Notes: generated by a model not told the origin, from the letters alone. A stretch of 64,000 bases of DNA from Bacteroidales bacterium (GCA_035360515.1 DAOSAY010000001.1:135341-199340); one strand, 5' to 3'. Shown: positions 38,769 through 51,062, numbered from the stretch's first letter. Program-made: numbers and translations.

Positions 38769-39896
38769 ATGAAAGGGAGGAAAATAAGCAAGCGGGAGTT
38801 TTTAAAAAGATGCTCAGTTGTTTCGGCTGGTTTTGTTTGTTTTTCACCGGAAATGCTCAGGGAAAATCCATTTTCTGAACAGAAAACCGGATTAAAACTG
38901 GCAATGTATCAGGAAGAAACACCAAGAGGTATAATGTGCAGGATATGTCCAAATGAATGTGAGTTGAAGGAAGGGGAAGTAAGCAAATGCAATAATCGGA
39001 AAGTTATCAAATCGAAACTTTATACGATGGCTTACGGCAATCCCTGTTCGGTAAATATCGACCCTATCGAGAAAAAACCATTTTATCACTTTTTCCCTGG
39101 TACAAGGGCATATTCCATTGCAACAGCTGGTTGCAACCTTGCATGCTTAAACTGTCAGAACTGGTCTATATCCCAGACCAGTCCGGATAAGACAAGGAAC
39201 TATACGTTACCACCTGAAAAGGTTGTTGAGGAGTGTCTGAATCTGAAATGCAAGTCTATTGCTTACACTTATTCCGAGCCGGTTTCCTTTTATGAATATT
39301 CGTACGATACAGCAGTACTGGCAAAAGCAGCAGGTATTAAAAATGTTTTCAAGTCGAATGGTTACATAAACAGAGAACCTCTTGAAAAACTCTGCGGAGT
39401 GCTGGATGCTGCGAATATTGATCTTAAATCTTTCAGTGAAAGCACATATCTAAGGTTATCGGGCGGTAAACTTCAGCCCGTTCTTGAATCGCTTAAAATA
39501 TACCGTGACAATGGTGTATGGCTTGAAATTACAAACCTTATTGTTCCAACCTGGACTGACAAGCCTGAGGAAATAAGAAATATGTGCCGCTGGCTTTACA
39601 AGAACGGTTTTGCTTCAACACCATTACACTTCAGCAGATTTTATCCGGTCTACAAGCTCGAACAGTTACCTCCTACTCCGCTGAACATTCTGAATCAGGC
39701 TGCAAAAATAGCTGCCGAAGAAGGAATACAATATATTTATATTGGCAACGTACCGGGGAACGAAATGGCTGATACCAGATGTCCTTCGTGCAACACTACT
39801 GTAATTAAAAGGACAGGATACCGGATAGATTTCAACAAGATAACTGATGGCAAATGTCCATCGTGTGGCAAAAAGATAGATGGAATATGGAATTAG
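38769..39896 (+). CDS. AmmeMemoRadiSam system radical SAM enzyme
   Basis: 375 aa. Radical SAM cluster motif GCNLACLNCQNW, an N-proximal CRICPNEC and a C-terminal CPSC...CPSC zinc-ribbon-like pair. The fold is PflA-like. The 45-aa N-terminal extension contains SKREFLK. Confidence 0.85.
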   Translation: MKGRKISKREFLKRCSVVSAGFVCFSPEMLRENPFSEQKTGLKLAMYQEETPRGIMCRICPNECELKEGEVSKCNNRKVIKSKLYTMAYGNPCSVNIDPIEKKPFYHFFPGTRAYSIATAGCNLACLNCQNWSISQTSPDKTRNYTLPPEKVVEECLNLKCKSIAYTYSEPVSFYEYSYDTAVLAKAAGIKNVFKSNGYINREPLEKLCGVLDAANIDLKSFSESTYLRLSGGKLQPVLESLKIYRDNGVWLEITNLIVPTWTDKPEEIRNMCRWLYKNGFASTPLHFSRFYPVYKLEQLPPTPLNILNQAAKIAAEEGIQYIYIGNVPGNEMADTRCPSCNTTVIKRTGYRIDFNKITDGKCPSCGKKIDGIWN

Positions 39897-39902
39897 ATTT
39901 AA

Positions 39903-41936
<2,034 letters not shown>

Positions 41937-41988
41937 TATTGTCGAAAAGAATGAAATACTTTTTGCAAAAAACTGTTACGTTTGCAAC

Positions 41989-42555
41989 ATGGAATTGTTC
42001 AGAAAAATAAGACTTAAAAGAGGAATGTCGTTGCTCAGAAAAAGAGCAGGAGATATAAAACGGAATAAATTCAAAGGTAATCTGGCTGATGTTAAATCAA
42101 TCGGTATTGTCTGGGATGCCACACGAACATCTGATTTTCAATATCTTGCACAATTTCATCAGAAGATGCAGGAAAAAGGAGTGGATGTAAAAATAATAGG
42201 GTATTATCCCGATAAAATTCTTCCCGACCGCATAACAGCCATCAGATATCTGTCCTGTTTGAAAAAAAATGATCTTAATTATTTTTATTTGCCCACATCA
42301 GAGGAAGCAGAAAATTTTATAAAAACCCGGTTTGATGTTCTGATAGATGTAAATTTCAATGATTTACTTCCACTTCAATATATCACTGCCATGTCAGTGG
42401 CGTCATTAAAAATTGGGTTATTTAATGAAGGGAATAATTCATATCTGTTTGATATGATGATTGATCTCAACAAGAATTCAAAAATAAGCGATTATTTTGA
42501 CCATATATTACATTATCTTGAAATGATTAATAATCCGGCATATATAAAAAACTGA
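41989..42555 (+). CDS. hypothetical protein
   Basis: The ORF is in frame with the track ORF 41929..42555. The start is moved to the ATG at 41989 (MELFRKIRLKRG...) to avoid overlap with ligA. No motif is recognised. Confidence 0.5.
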   Translation: MELFRKIRLKRGMSLLRKRAGDIKRNKFKGNLADVKSIGIVWDATRTSDFQYLAQFHQKMQEKGVDVKIIGYYPDKILPDRITAIRYLSCLKKNDLNYFYLPTSEEAENFIKTRFDVLIDVNFNDLLPLQYITAMSVASLKIGLFNEGNNSYLFDMMIDLNKNSKISDYFDHILHYLEMINNPAYIKN

Positions 42556-42559
42556 TCAT

Positions 42560-43438
42560 ATGAAAAAATTCAGAGGAACAGGGGTGGCAATAATAACTCC
42601 TTTTAAAAACGATTCGAGCATTGATTTTTCATCCCTTGAAAAAGTAATAAATCATGTTATCAACGGTGGAGTCAATTATATTGTTTTAATGGGAACGACA
42701 GGAGAATCGTCCACTCTCACAAAAGATGAAAAGAAAGCCCTGATTTCATTTACTCTGGACACAATCAATAAAAGAGTTCCTCTGGTTGTAGGTATCGGAG
42801 GAAATAATACACAGGAGATTATTACCCAGCTGAAAACAACTGCCCTGAAATCAGTTGACGGGATTCTCTCTGTAGCTCCATATTATAACAAACCGACTCA
42901 AAAAGGACTATATGAGCATTTTAAAGCAATTGCCACCTGCAGCCCTGTTCCTGTAATTATGTATAATATACCAGGCCGTACTGGATGCAACATCTCGGCA
43001 GAAACATGTTTACAGCTTGCCCATGAATTTGATACAATTGTTGGTGTAAAAGAAGCTTCGGGCAACATGGAACAAATTATGAAGATAATTAAAGGAAAAC
43101 CCGAAAATTTTCAGGTTGTATCCGGAGATGACCTTTTGACTCTGCCGATAATTGCTGCGGGGGGTACGGGTGTTATATCTGTAATTGCAAATGCATATCC
43201 TGCCGAATGGAGTGAGATGGTCAATCAGTGTCTCAAATCGAATTTCAAAGCAGCGCGTGAAATTATGTTCCGTTTCACTGAAATAATTGAATTGCTGTTT
43301 GCTGATGGCAATCCTGCAGGGATAAAAGCTGCTATGAATATTCTGAATCTATGTCAGAACACTCTCAGATTACCTCTTGTTCCAGTTAGCCAGCAGGTCC
43401 ATGCAAGACTGAAGAAGGCGATGGAGTCGATTCAATAA
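42560..43438 (+). CDS. dapA: 4-hydroxy-tetrahydrodipicolinate synthase
   Basis: 292 aa. GTGVAIITPF, GTTGES, YNIPGRTG, and the GVKEASG Schiff-base Lys region. Confidence 0.92.
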   Translation: MKKFRGTGVAIITPFKNDSSIDFSSLEKVINHVINGGVNYIVLMGTTGESSTLTKDEKKALISFTLDTINKRVPLVVGIGGNNTQEIITQLKTTALKSVDGILSVAPYYNKPTQKGLYEHFKAIATCSPVPVIMYNIPGRTGCNISAETCLQLAHEFDTIVGVKEASGNMEQIMKIIKGKPENFQVVSGDDLLTLPIIAAGGTGVISVIANAYPAEWSEMVNQCLKSNFKAAREIMFRFTEIIELLFADGNPAGIKAAMNILNLCQNTLRLPLVPVSQQVHARLKKAMESIQ

Positions 43439-46400
43439 CTACCTGTTCACCGGTGGTGTTACCGGTGATTCCATTCTGCCATGACAATTTTTATATTTTT
43501 TACCGCTTCCGCAGGGACACGGGTCATTGCGTCCGACTTTTTTCTCAACTCTTACAGGTTCCACTTTTTTCTGGCCTACCTGACCTGGAACAGTGCTGCT
43601 GTATTGGGAAAAATCGCTTTTTTCTTCTCTTAAGCGGCTTGTGTCAACTTTCCGGCGTCGTTCAGCTTCTCTAACCTGTTCTGCATCCTGTACCGGTATA
43701 AAGCCTTTAATCAGAGAGCTAACAACATCACGGTTAATCTTGTTAAGCATTGATTTGAACAGTTCATACGATTCAAACTTGTAAATTAACAGGGGATCCT
43801 TCTGTTCATAAGTAGCGTTCTGTACAGCCTGTTTAAGGTCGTCCATCTCCCTGAGATGCTCCTTCCATGCTTCATCTATTGTAGCTAATACTACTGTTTT
43901 TTCGAAAGCTCTCATAATTTCCCTGCCCTTGCTTTCAACACTTGCCTTCAGGTTTGCAATTACCTGAAAAACCCTTACCCCATCACTTACAGGCACAACA
44001 ACATTTTCGTACAGATGTGACATTCTGTCGTAAACATCTTTCAACACAGGATATGCCTGACCTGCAATAATTTCTTCCTTTCTTTTGTATACTTCAAGTA
44101 CTTTTTTATAGACTATATCAACAATTTCTTCTTTGGAAAGCTTCAGGAACTTATCTCTTGGCACAGGAGAATCCATTGAAAATGAACGAATAAGATCAAA
44201 CTCAAATTCTTCAAAATTGCCAGTTTCGTGGTAGAAATAAACTATACTTTCTGTGACATCATACATCATATTGGCAATATCAACCGAAAGTCTTTCTCCC
44301 AGAAGTGCGTGTCGTCTGCGTTTATAGATAACCTCACGCTGTGAGTTCATCACATCGTCATATTCAAGCAAACGCTTTCTTATGCCAAAGTTGTTCTCTT
44401 CTACTTTTTTCTGTGCTCTTTCGATTGATTTTGTAATCATGGGGTGCTGGATCATCTCGCCGTCTTTAAGACCCAGTCTGTCCATTATCCCTGCAATTCT
44501 CTCCGAACCAAAAAGTCTCATGAGTTCATCTTCGAGAGAAACGAAGAACTGCGATGTACCCGGATCTCCCTGCCTGCCTGACCTTCCTCTGAGCTGACGG
44601 TCGACTCTTCTTGATTCATGGCGTTCTGAGCCTATGATTGCCAGACCTCCTGCGGCTCTGGTTTCCGGGGTAAGTTTAATATCCGTTCCCCTACCCGCCA
44701 TGTTTGTTGCTATGGTTATTGTCCCGCTTTTTCCTGCTTCTGCAACTATTTCAGCTTCACGCTGGTGAAGTTTTGCATTCAGCACATTATGCTTCAGACC
44801 TTTCATCTTCAGCATCCGGCTCAGTAATTCTGAAACCTCTACTGAGGTTGTTCCTACCAGGACTGGCCTTCCCTGCTTGTGAAGCTTTATAACTTCTTCA
44901 ATTATTGCATTATACTTCTCCCTCTTTGTCTTATAAACAATATCCTCTTTGTCAATTCTTATGCAGGGTACATTTGTAGGTATTACAACAACATCAAGTT
45001 TGTATATATCCCAGAATTCTGCGGCTTCCGTTTCTGCTGTGCCTGTCATTCCGGCAAGTTTATGATACATGCGGAAATAATTCTGAAGCGTTATTGTAGC
45101 ATATGTTTGTGTTGCGGCTTCAACTTTAACATTTTCCTTTGCCTCAATAGCCTGATGCAGCCCGTCGGAATACCTTCTGCCTTCAAGTATTCGTCCCGTC
45201 TGTTCGTCAACAATCTTTACCTTGTTATCTATCACCACATATTCGACATCCCTTTCGAAAAGGGTATATGCCTTTAAAAGCTGAGTGAGGGTATGAACTC
45301 TCTCTGACTTAACTGAATAATCCTGAAGAATTTCATCCTTGGCCTTAAGTTTTTCGCGCTCACTTAGTCCTGATTTTTCAAGTTCAGCTATTTTGCTGCC
45401 AACATCGGGTAGTATGAAAAACGAAGGATCTGACACAGAAGCTGATATAAGGTCAATACCCTTATCGGTAAGCTCTATGGTATTGGCCTTTTCATCGATA
45501 ATAAAATAAAGCTCATCAGTGACTTTAGGCATATCCTTGCTGTTATTCTGCATATAAAAATTCTCGGTTTTTATAAGCAGTGATTTTATGCCTTCTTCAC
45601 TCAGGTATTTAATAAGTGCACTATTTTTAGGTAACCCCTTATAGGCTCTAAGAAGAAGCATCCCCCCCTGTTCCAGATTACCTTCTGCTATATGTTTCTT
45701 TGCATCAATAAGTACCTGATTAACAAGTTTCTTCTGAGCTGAAACAAGTTTTTCAACAAAAGGTTTCAACTCTTCAAACTGCTGGTTCTCAGCCTGTGCA
45801 GTTGGACCTGAAATGATGAGTGGTGTTCTTGCATCATCAATCAACACTGAATCAACTTCATCCACAATAGCATAATGATGTTTTCTCTGCACAAGATCTT
45901 CAGGATTGACTGCCATATTATCGCGCAGGTAGTCAAATCCAAACTCATTGTTGGTGCCGTAAGTAATGTCGGCCTGATATGCTTTGCGGCGGTCGGGTGA
46001 ATTGGGCTGATGTTTATCTATGCAATCAACGGTAAGTCCGTGAAATTCGTATATGGGGCCCATCCATTCTGAGTCGCGTTTAGCAAGGTAGTCATTTACT
46101 GTTACAATGTGGACTCCCCTTCCAGCCAATGCATTCAGGAAAACAGGCAATGTGGCAACAAGTGTTTTTCCTTCTCCCGTAGCCATTTCCGCAATTTTAC
46201 CCTGGTGTAGAACCACACCTCCCATTAACTGGACATCAAAATGCACCATGTCCCACACTGTTTCGTTTCCACCTGCCATCCACCGGTTACTCCAGTAGGC
46301 CTTATCACCTTTAATTGTAATGTGCGGCTTTTTTGCAGCAAGATCCCTATCGTATTGCCGGGCTGTTACCTCGAGTTCACTGTTTTCCTTAAACCTTCTA

Positions 46401-46759
46401 GCCGTTTCTTTGACAATAGCAAAAGCAAGAGGAAGATGCTGCGTCAAAATTTCTTCAAGCTTTTTGTCAATCTGCTTCTCCAGCTTGTCAATCTGGTTGT
46501 ATAATTCTTCTTTAACGTTAACATCTTCTTCTGCTTCGGCCTTCTCCTTTAACATTCTTACTTCTTCCTCATCTTCTCTAATAGATTCCCTGATTTCATT
46601 CCTCAGGGCTTCCGATTTATCCCTCAACTGGTCATTTGTAAGATCTCTGAGCTTTTCAAACTCCCTGTTTATGAGTTCGACATAAGGATACAATTCTTTT
46701 AAATCCCTCTCGTATTTATTGCCCAGAAATAGACTCAGAATTTTACCAATAATACTCAT
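43439..46759 (-). CDS. secA: preprotein translocase ATPase subunit SecA
   Basis: 1106 aa. [40 protein letters not shown] and the C-terminal zinc motif [14 protein letters not shown]. Confidence 0.95.
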   Translation of the reverse strand: MSIIGKILSLFLGNKYERDLKELYPYVELINREFEKLRDLTNDQLRDKSEALRNEIRESIREDEEEVRMLKEKAEAEEDVNVKEELYNQIDKLEKQIDKKLEEILTQHLPLAFAIVKETARRFKENSELEVTARQYDRDLAAKKPHITIKGDKAYWSNRWMAGGNETVWDMVHFDVQLMGGVVLHQGKIAEMATGEGKTLVATLPVFLNALAGRGVHIVTVNDYLAKRDSEWMGPIYEFHGLTVDCIDKHQPNSPDRRKAYQADITYGTNNEFGFDYLRDNMAVNPEDLVQRKHHYAIVDEVDSVLIDDARTPLIISGPTAQAENQQFEELKPFVEKLVSAQKKLVNQVLIDAKKHIAEGNLEQGGMLLLRAYKGLPKNSALIKYLSEEGIKSLLIKTENFYMQNNSKDMPKVTDELYFIIDEKANTIELTDKGIDLISASVSDPSFFILPDVGSKIAELEKSGLSEREKLKAKDEILQDYSVKSERVHTLTQLLKAYTLFERDVEYVVIDNKVKIVDEQTGRILEGRRYSDGLHQAIEAKENVKVEAATQTYATITLQNYFRMYHKLAGMTGTAETEAAEFWDIYKLDVVVIPTNVPCIRIDKEDIVYKTKREKYNAIIEEVIKLHKQGRPVLVGTTSVEVSELLSRMLKMKGLKHNVLNAKLHQREAEIVAEAGKSGTITIATNMAGRGTDIKLTPETRAAGGLAIIGSERHESRRVDRQLRGRSGRQGDPGTSQFFVSLEDELMRLFGSERIAGIMDRLGLKDGEMIQHPMITKSIERAQKKVEENNFGIRKRLLEYDDVMNSQREVIYKRRRHALLGERLSVDIANMMYDVTESIVYFYHETGNFEEFEFDLIRSFSMDSPVPRDKFLKLSKEEIVDIVYKKVLEVYKRKEEIIAGQAYPVLKDVYDRMSHLYENVVVPVSDGVRVFQVIANLKASVESKGREIMRAFEKTVVLATIDEAWKEHLREMDDLKQAVQNATYEQKDPLLIYKFESYELFKSMLNKINRDVVSSLIKGFIPVQDAEQVREAERRRKVDTSRLREEKSDFSQYSSTVPGQVGQKKVEPVRVEKKVGRNDPCPCGSGKKYKNCHGRMESPVTPPVNR

Positions 46760-47003
46760 TTTAAGCTTTCTTATTTTTTATATGAATATCGTGCAAAGTT
46801 AGGTTTATTTTCTTAATGGTGAACTATTGTTTAATCGCAGTCGTTATTTGTCGGGTGTTCAGAGTTATTTGATTGAAAAAGTATGAAATAGCATCTTTTT
46901 TATCCGGCAGTATGAAAACCAGGAGAACATTGAAAATCGAAATCCCTGTAAAATTTAACGATATATTTTGCTTTTTAACTGGAAATAAAAAACGCTGTTC
47001 CGA

Positions 47004-47384
47004 TTAAATTTGCTTTCCTGCATCAAGCAGCTCTTCAATTTTTTTTTCAAGTTCTCTTAATGAAAAAGGCTTGGTGAAAACTTCATCAGCTCCAAGAGTT
47101 CTGGCTATGTTAAGATAGCCGGCCGGACCGAATTTGCCACCACCCGAGATAGCTATTATCTTCAGATCAGGTTTTAATTCCTTTAATTTCATTATTACCT
47201 TCAGACCATCTTCATCAGGCATAAGAATGTCTGTAATTACAATATTTATGAATGATGCTTTAAATTTTGCCAGTGCCTCTTTACCGTTAACAGCTTCTAT
47301 AACTGAATATTTTCTTCTTATAAGGGCATCTCTCAGCATTTCTCTTACGTCCTTCTCATCTTCAACTATTAATATTCCGGCCAT
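47004..47384 (-). CDS. single-domain response regulator (CheY-like receiver)
   Basis: 126 aa. ILIVEDE, ITDILMPDEDG (phospho-Asp context), IIAISG and FTKPF. Confidence 0.85.
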   Translation of the reverse strand: MAGILIVEDEKDVREMLRDALIRRKYSVIEAVNGKEALAKFKASFINIVITDILMPDEDGLKVIMKLKELKPDLKIIAISGGGKFGPAGYLNIARTLGADEVFTKPFSLRELEKKIEELLDAGKQI

Positions 47385-47393
47385 AGAAAAAAA

Positions 47394-49289
47394 TTATTTG
47401 TTTAACGATATTTGAATTGAGGTAAGAATTTCGCGCAATGAAACTGGTTTGAAAAGAACATTTTTAGCGATTCCAGAATTTAATAATTTTTCTTTTGAAA
47501 GATCATAACTGCTGTCGGTAATTAGTACGACAGGTATGTCGATATTTTTTTCTATCATATATTCTGATAATATATCTGAACTTATGTTTTCATTATCCTG
47601 CGAAAATATTATTACATCAGGTTTTGCATCTTCATCCCCTGACAGTTTTATTAATCCATCAATATCTATAGCATAATCGACAGCATATCCGCTTTTTTCG
47701 AGGGCTGAACCGAGAACTTTTAATTCATGGCTGCCGCCGCAGATAAAAAGTACTCTGCTTCTTTCGGCAAAAGGTGCTATTTCTTCCAGGGGCAAACTAT
47801 CTGCAAGGGGCAAATATATTTTAAACTGTGAGCCTTTGTTTTTAACTGATTTTACAGTTATCTCCCCATCAAGCTCTGTGATGATACCATAAGCAACAGA
47901 GAGGCCAAGTCCAGCTCCTTTCCCGACATCTTTTGTGGTATAATATGGTTCAAATATTCTGCTTATCACAGATTCCTCCATTCCTGTTCCTGTATCTTCA
48001 AAACTTATCACTGTATATTCATCTGCGATAATACTTTTTCCCGACTCACTCTGGAACTGATTTCCGTTGATTCTTTCCTGTACAATAGTAAGGGTTCCTC
48101 CGGTATTTTCCATTGCTTGAAGTGCATTCATAATCAGGTTCATGAAGACCCTGAAAAGTTGCGTTGGATCAGCATAGACCAGAACATTTCTGTCCCTGAA
48201 ATTTTTTTCTATCGACACATTTGGTTTTTTAACTGATTCAGCAAAGCTTACTGCTTCATCAAGTAAATCGCAAATATTGACAGGTATTTTTTCCTGACCT
48301 ACCTGTCTGCTGAATGTGAGTATCTGATTGGTAAGTTCTCTGGCCTTAGATACTGCCCTGATTATTTTTCCGACCATTTCGGTTCCTTCCTGGTTATCTT
48401 TTATTTCTTCAAGCAGCATTTCAGAGTAACCGAAAATAGATGATAGAATATTATTAAAATCATGAGCAATACCTCCTGCAAGGGAACCTATTGTCTCTAT
48501 ATTTTTTGCCTGGAGCAAACGGTGTTCGAGCATTATTTCTCTGGTTGAATCCTCAAATGCAAAATCAGCATATAATGGATTTTTTGTATCCTTTTCTGTA
48601 ACAACATAGATGTTTACTCTGCATCTGATTTCGCGGCCTTTAAAAGTTATAAGGGGAACTCTTTTGAATGTACTGATGCTTCCATCTGCCGCATGCATTA
48701 TCTGGACATCAAAAATTGTTTTTTCCCTGTAAAAATCTTTAATATTCAAACCCTCAAGATTTTCATTTTCAGTATTTTCAAGTATATCTGAAAAAGCCTT
48801 ATTATAATGAATAATTGTACCATCGGGCTTACATCTCAGAAGACCTATAGGCAGGTGTGTCTCTAGTCTTCTGAATTCTTCTTCCATTTCACTTATTGCT
48901 CTCTGTGTAATTTTCAGATCTGTAATATCAACGGTTTCTGCCAGCAGGTGTGTAACATTTCCTTCTTCATCAGGAAGTGGCCTGAAAATAACCTCAAAGA
49001 ATCTTTCTCCATAGAGTGGAATCTGAAAGTTTGCCTCATACCTGACAATGTTTCCATTCAGGCAGATATCGATGTTTTCTTTTATATTCTCTTTGAATGT
49101 ATCTTCACCCCATAAGTCAGCCAGGGACTTTCCTAAAATGTTTTCCGGCTGGATATTATGGTATCGACAGAATGTGTTATTGACCTTCTCGTAGCAATAA
49201 TTTCGGTTGATAACACTCAACATCGACCTTGAATTGTTTATAAGGTGGTCGTAAAGATGCTTGTCAATATAGTTCTTTTCAACAGTCAT
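47394..49289 (-). CDS. PAS-domain sensor histidine kinase with C-terminal receiver-like domain
   Basis: 631 aa with two PAS-like regions, an H-box (GGIAHDFNNILSSIFGYSEML) and an HATPase_c domain (NLIMNALQAM, DTGTGM, GKGAGLGLS). The C-terminal ~120 aa receiver-like fold lacks the acidic pocket. Confidence 0.85.
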   Translation of the reverse strand: MTVEKNYIDKHLYDHLINNSRSMLSVINRNYCYEKVNNTFCRYHNIQPENILGKSLADLWGEDTFKENIKENIDICLNGNIVRYEANFQIPLYGERFFEVIFRPLPDEEGNVTHLLAETVDITDLKITQRAISEMEEEFRRLETHLPIGLLRCKPDGTIIHYNKAFSDILENTENENLEGLNIKDFYREKTIFDVQIMHAADGSISTFKRVPLITFKGREIRCRVNIYVVTEKDTKNPLYADFAFEDSTREIMLEHRLLQAKNIETIGSLAGGIAHDFNNILSSIFGYSEMLLEEIKDNQEGTEMVGKIIRAVSKARELTNQILTFSRQVGQEKIPVNICDLLDEAVSFAESVKKPNVSIEKNFRDRNVLVYADPTQLFRVFMNLIMNALQAMENTGGTLTIVQERINGNQFQSESGKSIIADEYTVISFEDTGTGMEESVISRIFEPYYTTKDVGKGAGLGLSVAYGIITELDGEITVKSVKNKGSQFKIYLPLADSLPLEEIAPFAERSRVLFICGGSHELKVLGSALEKSGYAVDYAIDIDGLIKLSGDEDAKPDVIIFSQDNENISSDILSEYMIEKNIDIPVVLITDSSYDLSKEKLLNSGIAKNVLFKPVSLREILTSIQISLNK

Positions 49290-49322
49290 TCAATATCATA
49301 TAACCATTTCACTGATATAAAA

Positions 49323-51062
49323 TTACTCAAAATCAAGATTGAATTTTTTCCTTATATCCTTGATTGCAGGGTATTTTGAAGTTAGAAACTGGTACTTCTG
49401 CTCATCTGAATAAATAATATCTTCTGATTCAACCGGATCTACAACGGTTTCAATTTCGAAGAAATCTTTTCCGTAATATTCTTCCATAAATGCAAGCAAT
49501 CTTTGTTTATAGTTCCGGTTAAACAATTCCTTTTGAGCAATATTGTTAAGATGGATAGTAACCAGCTTATCTTTATGGACTTCAACTTTTAGAGATTTGA
49601 ACATACCCGACACCCTGGGTCCTTCGTTTTTCACAGTCTCAGTGAATTTTTTCCAGAGCTTTAAAAACTCATCGGGATCAAATTTTTCTTTAGAAGATGC
49701 AACTACAGGCAATTCATCAGTTTTGATTTCTGTGGGAACCTTTTCTTCAGTTTGAGTGTCATGGAAACCGTTTATCAGTTCCTTAATTGAAAGTGATCTT
49801 TCATTACTTACTATTTTATTTTCAGGGGGTTTTGATTCTCTGGCAATCAGTATGTCACTTTTAACTTCCTGTTTTTGAGATTGTTTAGGCTCCTGTGGTT
49901 GCAGGGTATGAATATCTTTTTTTTCAGGTTTCAGTTGGCTCTTTTTTTTTTCGGTTTCACCTGGTTCAGTTTCAGAAATATTACAGAGTTTAATCAATGC
50001 CAGTTCGACGTGAAGGCGCTGGTTTTTACTGCTTTTATATCCGAGGTCACAATTGCTTCCAATTTCCAGTGCCCTGTAGATAAACTCCCTTGAACATTTG
50101 CGTGACTGGCTAAGATATTTTTCCCTTATCGCAGGTGCGGTGTCAAGAAGTTTAAGAGTAACTTCATCCTTGCATACAAGAAGGTTACGAAAATGGCTGT
50201 TCAGTCCGGCAATGAAATTATGACCGTCGAAGCCTCTGGTAAGAACCTCATTAAAGGTTAGCAGTATTTTTGCAACATCACCAGCAAGGGCAGCGTCAAC
50301 AGTTCTGAAGTAATATTCATAATCCAGAACATTTAGATGTTCAAGAACAGTTTCGTAAGTAATCGAATTTCCACTGTAACTGACCAGCTGGTCAAAAATA
50401 GAGAGTGCATCTCGCATTGAACCGTCTGCCTTCATTGCTATAACATGAAGCGCATTTTCGTCGGCAGAAACGGATTCATTTTTCGCAACGTATTTCAGTC
50501 TTTCAACGATATCTTCTACCCTTATTCTCTGGAAGTCAAAAATCTGACATCGTGAAAGTATTGTAGGTATGATTTTATGTTTTTCGGTAGTGGCAAGAAT
50601 AAAAATAGCATGAGATGGTGGTTCTTCAAGTGTTTTCAGGAAAGCATTAAATGCTGATGACGAAAGCATATGAACTTCATCAATTATATAAACACTGAAT
50701 TTACCAATCTGTGGAGGGATTCTTACCTGTTCTATCAGGGTTCTTATATCTTCTACTTTGTTGTTGGATGCAGCGTCAAGTTCATGAATGTTGAACGACC
50801 TCAGAGTGTTAAACGACACACACGATTCACATTTATCACATGCTTCGCCGTTTTCCTGAATGTTGAAGCAATTAATTGTCTTTGCAAATATCCTTGCACA
50901 TGTAGTTTTCCCAACGCCCCTGGGTCCGCAGAAAAGATATGCGTGAGCTATTTGTCTGTTTTTTATTGCATTTTTAAGAGTACTTGTAATAGGATCCTGC
51001 CCTATTACCATATCGAAAGTTGATGGTCGGTATTTCCTTGCCGAAACAATAAAATTCTCCAT
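49323..51062 (-). CDS. dnaX: DNA polymerase III subunit gamma/tau
   Basis: 579 aa. GPRGVGKTT, a Zn module (CDKCESC), DEVHMLS and SRCQ. A low-complexity linker begins near residue 370 and is followed by a C-terminal domain. Confidence 0.92.
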   Translation of the reverse strand: MENFIVSARKYRPSTFDMVIGQDPITSTLKNAIKNRQIAHAYLFCGPRGVGKTTCARIFAKTINCFNIQENGEACDKCESCVSFNTLRSFNIHELDAASNNKVEDIRTLIEQVRIPPQIGKFSVYIIDEVHMLSSSAFNAFLKTLEEPPSHAIFILATTEKHKIIPTILSRCQIFDFQRIRVEDIVERLKYVAKNESVSADENALHVIAMKADGSMRDALSIFDQLVSYSGNSITYETVLEHLNVLDYEYYFRTVDAALAGDVAKILLTFNEVLTRGFDGHNFIAGLNSHFRNLLVCKDEVTLKLLDTAPAIREKYLSQSRKCSREFIYRALEIGSNCDLGYKSSKNQRLHVELALIKLCNISETEPGETEKKKSQLKPEKKDIHTLQPQEPKQSQKQEVKSDILIARESKPPENKIVSNERSLSIKELINGFHDTQTEEKVPTEIKTDELPVVASSKEKFDPDEFLKLWKKFTETVKNEGPRVSGMFKSLKVEVHKDKLVTIHLNNIAQKELFNRNYKQRLLAFMEEYYGKDFFEIETVVDPVESEDIIYSDEQKYQFLTSKYPAIKDIRKKFNLDFE

